Source of the DNA: Blastocystis sp. Blastoise
Lineage: Eukaryota > Protista > Bigyra: Opalinata
Length of the DNA stretch: 64,000 bases
Direction: 5' to 3'
NCBI GenBank assembly: GCA_039096225.1
Contig: JBBPEB010000009.1
Span: 1,302,001-1,366,000 of the forward strand
Shown: piece after piece, positions 1 to 16,625 of the stretch
Position numbering within the stretch: position 1 is the stretch's first letter
Layout of the letters: each line of letters begins with the position of its first letter
The notes under the pieces: model-generated
The model's input: only the letters and a program-made list of their open reading frames with translations
The model's database searches: none
Told to the model about the DNA's origin: nothing
Translations under genes and position numbers: made by a program

Positions 1-1270
1 TATAGAAATGAATATTTAGAAAATAAATGATTATAACAAATATATTTTCAAATTAGTTAATCATTTTTCTAAGATGTCAAAACATCTCATTGTCATATTT
101 TGAATTGTTTTTGCCAATATAATATGAAAATGTATATCAAAGAAATATGAATGAAAGTTTATAAAAGTGGCAGTTAAAAATATATATACCTATATAAATC
201 AACTAATAATATAGAGTGATTCATTGTGTCATTAAAGAGAGCATTATTATTACCTTTACTCCTTTCTTACATCCTGAACAAAATTAATCCACTATACAAC
301 CACAAAAAATTCAATCCCAAAATAATATATATTTTGCAGTGTTATTTATATATAATGGATTCAGTTAAGTTAATTAAGACTGAAAGTGAAAGTAACATAT
401 TGTTATGACAACTGTCATACAAGTGAGGGAAGAATCTAATATATTTTTTTTCTATTAATTAAAATATACGTTGATATTATATATTATAAATATAAATTTA
501 ACAATAAAAAGTTGTCAATACTTTTCAATATATCATGTAAAAAGAATAAAGGCTTTATTAAACTCCTATTTCATAAACAATTATATTTAAGTTGTTGTAA
601 TATGAGTGATGACTAATAATGAAATATGAAGGTAATAAGAAGATATAAATATATAATAATTCTGGTTTCTATAGAAGACATAATATTAAATTAGTAACAT
701 AAGTTTGAAACACATAAAGTCATGATAATCATATATATCAAAAATTTCATTTTTTAAATAATGTTTTTGAACGAATTTTGTAAATGAATGATTTTCTACT
801 GTTGTTTTTGAAATAAAATGACGAAAAATCAGTATGTAAAGACTTCATTGATTGTATAAAAAAATATTTATCGAAAAATATTAGGGTATTAAAAAGGAAA
901 AAGAAGCAATCATTATATTCTATCGAAAATGAAGATAAAGATGTTGCTTAATTTTATACTGAGATGTCTATAAGATCAATACTCAGGATACTATACAATA
1001 TGACGATATAATTACAAAGTGATTGATCTATTATGTAATTTTCTGAAGTTTTAATAGAATATTTTGAATATATCCATAGTTTTAATGATTAAAATACAAT
1101 AATAACCGTAAAAAAGCAGTAATTGATTCGATTATAAGTATAAAAAAATTATCACTTTTTTTTTCAGTTTAAGGATAGGATTTTATCTTTATTTATGTAT
1201 TTTTAATAAAGGATATTGCAAATAATGAGCGACATACACCATATAATTTTTATATTTTCCATAAAAACTG

Positions 1271-4619
<3,349 letters not shown>

Positions 4620-5426
4620 TTTTTATATTCATTTTCTTCTTTCATTATATTATTTATATATCTATTTAATATAATTCTATAAATAATATTTGCTATTTCT
4701 ACATATAGTCATCGTTGTTTGATGTTTTATTAAATATTTTATTTTTTATTTGTTATATTCTTTTTATATTAGTATTAGTTTGCAGATGTATTTGTTTTCT
4801 TGTTGTATAACAAATTGTTTTGTTTTTATAATTGTAAAGTCATTTTTGTTGTAATTTTCAAGAAAAATCAAGTTAAAATTAAAATAAAAAAAGTTTAATG
4901 AATAGACACTAATATAGAAATTAAAATATATATAAAAAAATGAAAGTAATCTATTTATAAATGGGATTTAGTAAATTATCACTGCAATGATTCAGACAAA
5001 ATACTTTATAACACATTTATTGATTATCTAATTTCTTTAGCAATATTATATAATTTTTCTTTATGAATACATTAAAAAATATACGTATAAACAAATGAAA
5101 TATTAAATTGCCTTTTTAAACAATTGTCTAGAACATAATCATGGAAAAACACATATTTGAAAGAAATTGTTATTCCACCTCCTTCCTTAAAAAACAAAAG
5201 TTTCCCTTATTGATATTTTATTCATGAGAATTCATGTTTTTTTAGTAGGAAAAAGCCAATATTCTTGGATTATTAGAATGCCTCTGTGTCAAAAAGAATA
5301 GGGAAAACACTGGTTTGTCATCTTATTCGTAACTGCATCTTTAGGCATCCACAAATGGTCAATGTATTTATTTCATTCCATACAAATTTGTTTTTTGATA
5401 TATATATTTGTATATACCTTTAAATA

Positions 5427-6407
5427 ATGAGATTTTTTGTATTAGCTACTTTCATCGCTTTAGCTTTTTCTTTAAGTCATTCTAACTCTTACTATAAGAG
5501 TAAATATGATTCTTATCTTAACAAGTTCAATAAGGAATATTCTCAACAAGAATATAGATATCGTCTTTCAATTTTTTCTGAAAACGTTGATTTTATTGAA
5601 TCTGAAAATAAGAAAGGTCATTCCTATACTTTAGGTTTAACTTCTTTTGCTGATATTTCTAATGAAGAATACAGAGCTCGTAGAAGTTGTAGTAATATGG
5701 AAAAACAAGTTAAGGAAGCTTCTAGAAATGTTCCTAATAAGGTTTATGAAGATTTACCTGAATCTGTTGATTGGAGAGCTGTTGGTGCTGTTACTCCTGT
5801 TAGAGATCAAAATGGTTGTGGTTCTGATTGGGCTATTTCTGCTACTGCTTGTATGGAATATACTAATTTCAATGCTACTGGTAAACTTATTCAATTATCT
5901 ATTCAACAACTTATTGATTGTGATCAAATTTCTGTTGGTTGTAGAGGTGGTTTAATGTCTTATGCTTTTAGATATGTTACTGAAAACTTAGGTATTTGTG
6001 CTGAAGAAGATTATCCTTATACTGCTAAGGATGGTGAATGTGATACTAATAAATGTTATTCTAAGGGTCATATTAGTGATTATGTTGTTAATAATTTCTT
6101 TGGTAAAGGAGGTAAACCTCTTAAGGAAGCTATTTCTGAACATGTTTCTACTATTTCTCTTGATTCTAAGTCTGAATCTTTCCAACATTATACTAGTGGT
6201 ATTTTTGATGCTACTGATTGTGGTCATAAAGTCGATCTTGGTGCTGCTGGTGTTGGTTATGGTAAAGAAGGAGATAAAGAATACTTTATTGTTAAGGTTC
6301 CTTTTGGTACTCAATGGGGTGAAGAAGGTTATATGAGACTTGCTTATCAAGATGAAGGCTGGGGTACTTGTGGTGAAAATATCTCTACTGCTTGGTCTAC
6401 TTGGTAA
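5427..6407 (+). CDS. Papain-family (C1A, cathepsin L-like) protein with signal peptide and I29 prodomain; catalytic triad substituted (pseudoprotease)
   Basis: Hydrophobic N-terminus; ERFNIN motif (EYRYRLSIFSENVDFIESEN); LPESVDWR; LSIQQLIDCD; GCRGG; EEDYPY; WGEEGY. Active-site motifs read CGSDW, VDLG and VKVPFG instead of CGSCW, LDHG and VKNSWG. No introns. Confidence 0.93.
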   Translation: MRFFVLATFIALAFSLSHSNSYYKSKYDSYLNKFNKEYSQQEYRYRLSIFSENVDFIESENKKGHSYTLGLTSFADISNEEYRARRSCSNMEKQVKEASRNVPNKVYEDLPESVDWRAVGAVTPVRDQNGCGSDWAISATACMEYTNFNATGKLIQLSIQQLIDCDQISVGCRGGLMSYAFRYVTENLGICAEEDYPYTAKDGECDTNKCYSKGHISDYVVNNFFGKGGKPLKEAISEHVSTISLDSKSESFQHYTSGIFDATDCGHKVDLGAAGVGYGKEGDKEYFIVKVPFGTQWGEEGYMRLAYQDEGWGTCGENISTAWSTW

Positions 6408-7030
6408 ATACTATAAAGTTTCCTTTATATATATTGATAACTATTACTTATTTTTATATGTTAAGTTTTTCTTATTTTATTAAAAATATTTTGTATATAG
6501 TTATTCAATTTATTAGTATATTATTTACTACATTGTTTACTCTATAGTTTTGTTTTATTAAATAATTTGAATAAAATAGTAGATATTTTAACCAAAGAAA
6601 AATTTAAATTAATGTTTAAAACAGTTACATACAAAATAATACTTCAAAGAATATAATAAAAAAAAGAGATATAGCATTATAATAAATATATAAATAATAT
6701 ATATGATGAAAAGGTATACATTAAAAAAACATCGAGAAACACACAATAACAAATAAAAACATCAACAAAATAATAAGTAATAAATATGTTAATGTGTAAA
6801 AAGAAATGATATATATAGACACTAAAAAACATAGAGATATTATAAATAAAAAAAAAAATATGTATGTAGAGATAGAAAAAAATGAATATTATAGAATATT
6901 TAATAAATAATAGAATAGTATGAATAACAGTTACAATGAATAATATGGGAAAAATAAAAATAATTTAAAAACAATTGAAAATGTGAATGAACGGATTAGT
7001 AATATATATATATAATAGTTATTAGACTTT

Positions 7031-7856
7031 TTATAAAGGGACATAATCAGGATATTTGATATGTTTAAGCCTCCATAAGGCAATTTCTAAATAGTTCGAG
7101 AGTTCTCCAGGATTGATATATACATTACTCTTATAGAGAAGTGTTTTACAGTTCTCGTCACTGAATGTACCATAAGGTTGTAAATACTGAATACATTCAT
7201 CAGGAATAGGTGCTGTGTAGTTATATATAGGAAGGTATAGAATCTCAGCGAATTCTGAGATAGAATGAAAGAAATAACCTCCAATATAGGGAGGACTAGC
7301 GACAATAATCACGGAACCAGGAAGCATAAAGATACAGTTTACAAACCCAGATCCTAAAGAACCAATCAGAATATCTGTATGAAGTATCTTTTCAATTTGT
7401 TCTTGAGGAGACAGAGTTTCAAGAATCAACTGATGGAATAGATACTCATACTAGAGAACATGAAATATTAATTATATAGAAGAAGAATTATGTTTGGGAA
7501 GATTTTATTATGAGATAAATTTATAATATATAATAAAATAATTATAAACAATAAATAATTATAATAAAATAATTATAATAAATAATAAACAAATAAAATA
7601 ATAAATAATAATAATAAGTATCTATTTACTTTATGTTCTTTGAAGAATTTATGAAGTTCATTTGTATTGACGATATGTCTACCGGGCAGGTTGCCTCCAA
7701 CATTCGATCGTTCTAGCATGGAAACCACAGGGAGAAGAAGAGAAATCTCTTGAGGACTCAAATTCAAATGCTTATAAGTTAGGGCGCGCAATGTATCCAC
7801 TTGTTGGCGGGAAATAAAAACACCTCCATAACTCACATGAAATATACGACTTGAAA

Positions 7857-7889
<33 letters not shown>

Positions 7890-8726
7890 ATGAAGAGTAG
7901 TTAAATGAAGACATACAAGGTGCTTGAAACATAATAGGTTAGAGGTAATATCTAATATATCGTTTCGATCATATATATTAAGAGGATATTGAGGAGGATA
8001 AGAAGATTTTAGAATATTAATATAGAGATTGATCCAAGGAAATACTTTTTCTGAACGATAACGAGGCATATATACATTCTCAATCTATAGAATATATATG
8101 TAGAAAAAGAAGAATAAAAAATAATATATAAATATAATAAAAAGAATACATAAAAAGAATAAATAAAAAGAATAAAAAGAAGAATAAAAATAAAAATATA
8201 AATAAACAAAAAGAATACATAAAAAATAAATAAAAAGATAAATAAAAAGAATAAAAATAGCATAAAAATAATAAAAACATAATAAAAATAAAACAAATAG
8301 AGAAGATGCTATACAGGAGGGTAGTCATTAGGGAAATGGGCTGTATGAAGGATATAATTCAATGCTTCGATAAAATGAGCAATATTTCGTTGAGAATGAG
8401 GAATAATCATCCAGTTTGTAGAACCATAGATCTCTTGAGAAGTCTGAGGGTAACGAGATTTATCGACTTGGAACACAAATCCATTCTTAAATTCTAGAGA
8501 AATATAAGTAGAAGAATATAAAATAATATATTAAAAATAATATACTGTCATCAATCTTATTGACTATTGACTTTCCCTTGGAACCAGAAGCTGCATATAT
8601 AATCATTTTCTCATGTTCAACATCATAACAAACATTCGAAAATAAAATTATATCAAATCCTAATTTTGATTTATAAAACTTTGCAGTTGTATAATTTGTA
8701 GATGTTCTATATAAATAATAAAATAC

Positions 8727-8813
<87 letters not shown>

Positions 8814-9390
8814 CCCTGAAGGATAACTAAATTTACTAGGCATATCTCTATATATGATTATTAAAAATAAAATAACATCTTAAAGAAATACCTAGTTACA
8901 TTCTTCCATATAAATTTTTCTCTTAATAAAAATGCTCGTTTCCTATAGAATAATAAATATAATAAAGATTCATCATATAATAATTAACATATAATAAAAT
9001 AATAATATTCATATACCAACTGATATCACGAAAATGTATATCTTGAGAATAATCATAGGTGATAGGAGCAAATAACTCTGGATTTTCAATTTTATATTGA
9101 TCAAGAGTTTTACATGGAGGTTGAGTAGGAATCTCATTTTGAGGACAAACTTGCTTTGGAGGATCTACATAAACGTCAACAATTTGAGGAACTTCTTTGA
9201 TTCTTTCCACAATTCTCTCTACAGTTTTCACTTCTCGTCGCATAGGTTTCACTTGCCTTTTACTACAACATAGAAAACATTATTAATTCACATACCTTGA
9301 CATTCTCATACCGATGAATTGAATTACTGTTACAAAAAAAGACATCATTATGGATGTCATAACTATTAAAAGCACTATTTTAATATTCAT
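7031..9390 (-). CDS. Multi-exon type II membrane glycosyltransferase family 61-like protein (EOGT/POMGNT2-like)
   Basis: N-terminal anchor MNIKIVLLIVMTSIMMSFFVTVIQF; stem region; FSNVCYD; NIAHFIEAL; LLCFKHL; GRHIVNTNEL; C-terminal LETLSPQEQI..DILIGSLGSGFVNCIFMLPGSVII, matching the GT61 'dvliGmHGAGltN.lF..pgs.viE' motif. Confidence 0.8.
8729..8810. repeat. (AAT)n microsatellite in a GT61 intron
   Basis: Pure AAT run between the exon ending ..KFSYPS(G) and the exon starting RTSTNYTTAKF; it explains the poly-Leu stretch in ORF 8487..8843. Confidence 0.85.
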
Positions 9391-9701
9391 AATATTTGTG
9401 ATGGAAACAATAAGCAAGAGGAATTGTTAACATGGAAAATGAAAGGCTTTTTAATTATGACCTAAATTTTAACGGCTAATGTTTTTTTCATGATTTAATG
9501 ATTTTTTCTCCATTTTTTTTTTGTGTTTATTAGAGTTATTACTTCGTAATAGGGAAATATAATATATCTAAATATAAAATAATATTTCATACACAAATTA
9601 GCTTTATTAAGATAAGTTATATATGTAATTGATAGCAAAATAAATTTTTTTAGTTGAATTGTATATGATTCTAATAAAGTAGTGAGAAGTAAAAGAACAA
9701 G

Positions 9702-9773
9702 GCGCCACTGGTCTAATGGTTAGGATTCCACCCTTCCAAGGTGGAGGTCCGGGTTCAATTCCCGGGTAGCGCA
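9702..9773 (+). tRNA. tRNA-Gly (anticodon TCC)
   Basis: Cloverleaf: acceptor GCGCCAC/GTAGCGC, A-box TGGTCTAATGG, anticodon arm CCACC-CTTCCAA-GGTGG, T arm CCGGG-TTCAATT-CCCGG, followed by an oligo-T Pol III terminator. Confidence 0.95.
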
Positions 9774-9979
9774 ATTTTTTCCCTTTTTATTTAAAAAAAA
9801 AAATAATAGAAAATTTGGTTATAGATATATATTTTTTCTTTTTTGTTTTATTTGTTGTTAGTTTAATTCTATTATTGTTGAAATTTAAAGATGAAACAAA
9901 ACGTTATTTGGCAAAGACTATAATCATACAAGAAAGACATTATTGATGGCAATATATTATATATATATATATAAAGAGT

Positions 9980-10956
9980 TTATTGTTTAAGGTAATAAGT
10001 AGGATCTCGATTTAATTTTTCTTTTAGTCTTTCGATCCATCTATCAAATATATTTGAAGGAAGTATTAATGTATTCCCAGTAATATAATTAAGGATCAAA
10101 TAGATATTAAAAAACAGTATGAATGAAATTATTATGTTAAAAAATAATATAATATATATAAAAATATATATAAGAAAGGATATTTTGATGTTCCAAAAGA
10201 AGAAACATAATTATAACAATCTTGTGCAATTTTCATTACTGGTAATTCGCTTTCAATAGTACTAGGAACAGCTTCTTTAAGATTATCCGCAAATTCAGAA
10301 CTATAAAATGTAAATTAATATAAATAATAGATATGTTGTTTTATATAATATAATATAATATATATAATATAATATAATATAATAGTATATAATAGTATAT
10401 AATATAATATAATAATAAATAAAAAAAAAATATAAATAAAAATATAAATAAATAAATGAAATAAATAAATTTAAATAAATATAAATTTAAAAATCTAAAT
10501 AAACAAATATAAATACTCTTCAAAAGAAACACCAACTTGAACTAATTCAACGTTATTTATATTTTTTGCTTTCCATCCTGTTCGGAAAATAGCACTATAT
10601 ATAAATAATAATAATAATATAAAAATAATAATAAATAAATTAAACAATACGTTGGACAATTAGGTGTAACAGTTGCTAATACTTCCCAATCCTGGAATGG
10701 AGGAAAACTGTAGTATAAAACAACTATAGAAATGTAGAGAAAAATAGTATAATAGTGATTATAATCAATAAATGAGAAAAATATATATACCACAGTAATT
10801 GGGAAGTTGACAATTGGGATTCATGAAGAATCCTAATTCTAATATATTAGATGGAGATGGTAATTGTGTTATAAATTTTCTTTCATCAGCCTGTTGAAAA
10901 GATGTAATAAGAGGGAGTCCAGGAACAATCAAACCAAAAGGAACGTCTATACTCAT
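9980..10956 (-). CDS. HIKESHI: Hikeshi/OPI10 family protein (DUF775; Hsp70 nuclear import carrier), multi-exon
   Basis: Spliced MSIDVPFGLIVPGLPL..LYYSFPPFQDWEVLATVTPNCPTAIFRTGW..VQVGVSFE..KIAQDCYNYVSSF..LPSNIFDRWIERLKEKLNRDPTYY, ending TAA at 9980-9982. Confidence 0.9.
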
Positions 10957-11178
10957 GTTAAATAATATTAAAATAACTTAAAGTCTTTTAGATTTCTTTT
11001 TCTAAACTAGAAAAATCCCGAACGTTCTTTTTTTCTATGGGGAAAATAAGGAAATACCATGGAATTGTGTGTTGTTTCTCGGTTTTTCATTTTTTAAAAT
11101 TTTTATGGTATCATTTATCAACCTTATTATTAATGTATATAATTAAAGAACTTTCATAAATAATTAATCGACTCAACT

Positions 11179-12500
11179 ATGTATAAAAGTGATAAAAGAA
11201 AAGAGATATCTCCAAGTGATGGAGGTAAATGTCGTATAAACTCTTTTTTTTAAAGTTTGATATTTATATAGGTAGTGACAAAACATTTAAATTTAAAGAT
11301 AATTATTATGTTACTGCACTTCTGTCCCTTTTAGATAAGTATCCGAATTGGTTGTTGAATAAGTATTGCAATGATACATGTAATTGCTCTAAGGAGAGAT
11401 GTGTCTATGTATTAATTATTTAAGTAAAGTAATTTATAAAACTAAAGAAATTCTTCAGAATCCTGGTATGTGTTTAGAAAAATGGTCAAATAATGACTTG
11501 AAAAATACATATAATTGCATAAATAAACTCTTTAAGAAGGTTCCGAAAGAAATTGAACATGTTTTGCGTAAACAGATGATTAAAAAACTGTCTTTATGCT
11601 TTGAATAAGAAGAATATAAATGTATATTCATTGACCTAATCTAGGAATGAGAAGAAAGGGAAGAAAAATGATTTACTATTAGTAAGAAATTACAATGATT
11701 ATGAACAAATGTAGTTTTGTGATGTTGAAATCATTATTCATTGAATTTTTTAAATCTAAATTTTTGGTAATATATATAAGATTTCTTTATGATCTATTAT
11801 TATCATTGGTTTTAGAGATATATTCTTTTCAATTCCTATTAAGGTGGTCACCATAGAATGTATATATATATATAATTAAATTTTATTATAAATAAGAATT
11901 TAGGAGCATCATTTGCTGATAAATGCTTTATTACACTGGTAAATACTATTATTTTGGGAAATAAGTGACAATATCTGGATATATCTGGATATTTTTATTT
12001 ATTATAATAACAAAATAATCGTATCTATATATAAACTCTCTTTTAACTGATCAGAGTATTCTATATTTATTTAATAATTTAACAGACATAAACCTAATTC
12101 ATATAAATTGTTTCCTTGTAAACTGTATAATACTATATATAATATATAATATATATAATATATAATATATAAAATATACAATATATAAAATATATAATAT
12201 ATAAAATATTCAATATATATAATATATATTATTTAATATTAATATCAATGTAGCTTGAAATATAACTGATGTTTCTGCAATTTGTATTTATAAATCATTA
12301 GATAAAGGACTATTAAATAATCTTCATTCTCTTAACCTAATATGTACGATAATTATTATATATAGATATATATCTATAAAACGTTATTCTCTTTTTTATA
12401 TAGTTTATAAATTAACTACTATCTCATTATGCGAATTATATCATATTATTCAAAAAGGGAATCGGACAGACTCTTTATCTATATATTGCTAAAATTGTAA
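11179..12500 (+). pseudogene. Probable pseudogene of an LRR-containing protein
   Basis: Exon-like segments with LRR-like patterns (QYLDIS, NITDVSAICI..LHSLNLI, LLTDQSILYL). They are interrupted by an apparent 2-nt frameshift in a GA repeat near 11395, TAA at 11606, TGA at 11966 and 12256, and poor splice sites. The 3' limit is approximate. Confidence 0.4.
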
Positions 12501-12523
12501 ATATTATATACTCTCTCTTTTTA

Positions 12524-12559
<36 letters not shown>

Positions 12560-13504
12560 CTATATACTTAGACAAACTATATAATGAAAATATTCCTTAC
12601 TTTCATTCCAATTGAAAAAGATAAATATGCCATACATTGAATATTGACTCACCCTAAACCTTATTATTCTAATCATTCTTTTTCTACTTTTTTATACATA
12701 GTCTTGATTCACTTTTTCTCAATATCGTCAGTTATATATTTCAAGACTAGATATCATATCATTCATTCGTCTATCCTTTATAGATTATGCATTTATCTTC
12801 AACTATTATAAACAAAATTATTATTTAATAGTTGGATGACCATTATCTTTATGAACAACTTTTTTTTTCATTCAATACAATAAGAGTCTTATACAGGCAT
12901 CAATGAGTCATTGAGAACTGTAACTATATTTCTACATTATTGAAATGACTCATCTATTATAAACTCATGCTTATATTGAATATGAATTATTCTCACTCGA
13001 GATTTATCACGAGGATCAACATAACTAATGTGAGAAATAAAAAGAAAAGAATCTTAATCCGACAATTCATGAGTTTTAATTCATGAATAACATGATAGAA
13101 GTATGATATACATAGACTCTTTAAAAAACTGCTATAACTATTACAAAACAAACAAACAAAGTATAACAAACAAAGCATTTCTTCTTCATCAAGTATTTCT
13201 GAATAATCACGATTATTTTTGTTGCTCTACATTAAGAATTTTCTAAAGACAATTCCCTCCGATTTTATTTGTTTATTCGTTATTAGTCATCCAATAAAAT
13301 GGTACTTATAGGGGATAATATCTATGACGCATCATATTTTCACTTTCCAACCTTTTTTTCTTCTAAATTCCCATGAATAAATCAAGAATGACACACACCT
13401 GAAGAGTTTCTTGGCAAGAAAGGAAGAAACAATTGTATTATATTTTTCTTTCTTAAAACATCTCTGAAGAACGTTAATATATATATTATCTTGATTTCAA
13501 TATA

Positions 13505-14951
13505 ATGGCGTATGGATTCCCCATATACTCATATTTTATTTATACTTTATTAGAAGCCTCGCGTCAATTCATTCTTATACATATACTGGAAACAATAATT
13601 TACGATCGTCATCACCTATCAAGAAGTATGAAAGTATTCCTAAACGTGATTGCTCTTTATATGCCGACTAGTATGTATTACTTTACCATATGTTTTATCT
13701 TTCTTTTCTTATAGTGATATCGAAAAACAAGAAAATAATGGTATTCAATTATTATGATACATTCCTATTGCTGACATCTATTTCTTTTTATAGATCCTGA
13801 TGAAATTCTTCTTGATATTGTTCCATTACAGTATATTTATTATATATATATTATAAATATCATTTTAGACTTGTTTCAGAACAAGGAGTTGCTCAAAAAA
13901 AGAATCAAAATTTGCTGTTAACCGATTTTGATTATTATCCTCTCTCTATTGATAAATCTGATAGTAATTGGATTTTCAATGACACTGAAATCAAAAAATG
14001 TTTTAATAAAGAAATGTATATATATATATTTATTGTTATATTCTATGTTTATTACTTTTTTTTTCTTTTTTAGGTCTCTTCAACAGGTATTTTGTTATAT
14101 AAGTCTATTTATTTAAGGAAGAATATTTAATTATATATTTTCTATTATTTAGTTCATCTCAATATTTTTTACATCCAACTCATATACTGTTTATCAACAG
14201 TATAAATCTTTAGCTATGAAAAGAAGCCTTGTCTATATTCTTACTTGCTTACAATATGTTATATGTCTTTATGGACTGATTCGATGCTATTCCTTTTCCT
14301 TTACAACTTCTTTTTCTGGTGCTTATTTAGCTTTTATATTCTGTCGTCAACTTCTTTGTATTTGTATATTTTTATCAAATGCATTTATGAACTCACGAGC
14401 TCTTCAACAAATATCCTTTAAAATATTTTATATTTTTTATTATTCTATTGATTGTATTTATTATTATATTGATTATATTATATTTATTATCTTAATTATA
14501 CTTATTTTTATTATCTTAATTATTTTTATTATGTTGATTATACTTATTATATATCTTTAATCATTATACATTTCTCGCGTATGTCTTCATCTATTTCTCG
14601 GTATATTCGTGGTAGTCCCTGCTTATTATTATTATATATCTACTTATAATCCTCTTTGGCTCTATTCTTCTATACATGGTGTATATATGTATTCCATGAT
14701 CAACAATATCATTCTTTATGATGCCATTGCAGCATTACTTTTCCTTTTTCCTATTTATAAACTTACCAAGAAACTAGCCACTGTACATATTACAAATCTA
14801 TCCGGTATATATATATTTATATTTATTTATTATAATATAATATCATATATTTTAAAAATCAAGATTCTATATATATAATAATAATATTATTATTTATTTT
14901 AAATAAAATTCTATATATATATATATATAATATTATTTATTTTAAATAAAA

Positions 14952-14997
<46 letters not shown>

Positions 14998-15082
14998 AGA
15001 GTATAAAGATAAGATGCTTCTCACGGAGGGTGTTGAGCATCTCGTATCTCTTCATTCCCTTTGGGAAAACCAATCTCTCTAA
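13505..15082 (+). CDS. Uncharacterised multi-pass membrane protein (multi-exon; possibly disrupted)
   Basis: Several hydrophobic exons of mixed composition (MAYGFPIYSYF.., MKRSLVYILTCLQY.., VVPAYYYY..ILYDAIAALLFLFPI) and a last exon ending ..HSLWENQSL-TAA. My splice path meets a TAA at about 13919 and a phase conflict, so the structure is uncertain. Confidence 0.45.
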
Positions 15083-16470
15083 ATCCTATTTATCCTTATA
15101 TATATATATATATTAGGATGAAATATTAGTATTGATTCTATTTCAATCACTTTTCTCTTATTATTATTTATTTGTAGTACCTATTCTCTTTTTTTTTTTT
15201 TGATGTGCCTTTTTCTTTGTCTGTATTAATAAAAAATTATATAATTATATATTTATTCACAGTGAAATTTTTTTAAATGAATATATATATATTTATTATA
15301 TATACTTTTTATTTTTATTTTATATATACACATTATATTATATTTACATCTCTATATATATACTTTTTTATTATTATTATATATATACACATTATATTAT
15401 ATTTATATCTCTATATTATATATACTAATTATCTTTTGATTATAAACTTTACATATTATTATATATGTTTTTTTATTTATAATCCATAATATATATAAAT
15501 CTAATTCTTTTCTTAATTACTTTGATTCAAAACACTAAAACAATTTCTTTGATCATATCGTTACTTTTTATCTGCTATTGTCTTGCTTATTATTTTCGTT
15601 TTCTGAATTATATATTTTATAATATATATCTATTCTCATTTTACTTGTTTTTTCTATCACAAGTAATATCTTATGCTACTATTTTAATCTATTGTTATAC
15701 TTTTGTATTATATTTTCATTTTTATATATTCATTATTGAAGATATTTTGAATACATAAATCCAGAAAATTCTATAGTTTATATACTTTAGGATTCTTTAT
15801 ATACATATATATATATATATATATCTTTCTCCTGTCTTTCTAGATTAGGAGCAGTCATTCACTATATATATATATATATTCATTTTATATCTATCCGAAC
15901 GTATTTACATATTATATATACTTATAATTATATATATAATATTTTTTAATTTATTCAAATATTCTCCAAATCTCTCTATTGTTATTATTCCCTCACAGAA
16001 CCTTCTTATGCTATTATTTTTATAGTATACATATATTCAATATATTTATATTATTGACACTCTTTATTTTTCCTTTTACCTCTCTCCTCTTTATTCACTA
16101 TTTATATCTATTGATTTCTTTTTGGTTTATTTGATTCTATTTAAAAAAATATTTGTTTGTTAACTTAATTTTTATTATTATTATGACTCTCCTCATTCCT
16201 ATTTTTTTAATTAGTGTTAAAATTATAATATATATTTTACACTTTTGACACATTTATTCAGTTATTATTATTATTTTTAACAATTCACAAGAATTCATTG
16301 ATACATTGTTGTATTTTTGTTTATATGTAAAAAAGGAACATAATATGAGAAACTAAATTAATATTTACTAACCTGGAAAAAAATAAATTAATGAAAAAAG
16401 TTAAAATAATCTATATATATATGATATATATATATGTAAGAAATACTATATATAGTATTTTTTAAAACCA

Positions 16471-16570
16471 AATATAATAAATAAAATATAATAAATAAAA
16501 TATAATAAATAAAATATAATAAATAAAATATATAAATAAAATATAATAAATAAAATATAATAAATAAAAA
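16471..16570. repeat. Minisatellite of about 14 bp (ATATAATAAATAAA) just downstream of giant gene A
   Basis: About seven tandem copies directly visible. Confidence 0.7.
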
Positions 16571-16625
16571 TAAATATATAAATATAATAAATATAAATAA
16601 ATATAATTAATCTGTTTATATCTTT

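Noticed and set aside
1-1270. Possible gene remnant (ORF 226..408, purine-rich stretch near 870-950)
   Set aside because: No coherent reading frame, splice pattern or recognisable motif.
5647-6350. Overlapping and antisense ORFs within the papain-like gene
   Set aside because: By-products of T-ending codon bias; no recognisable protein features.
11179-14150. Alternative genetic code (TAA=Gln or TGA=Trp)
   Set aside because: About 9000 codons in the two giant ORFs contain no in-frame TAA or TGA, and intact genes end in TAA or TAG.
15100-16470. I/Y/F/L-rich ORFs between convergent genes (and similar ORFs elsewhere)
   Set aside because: Composition matches random AT-rich non-coding DNA or introns, with no exon-like content.
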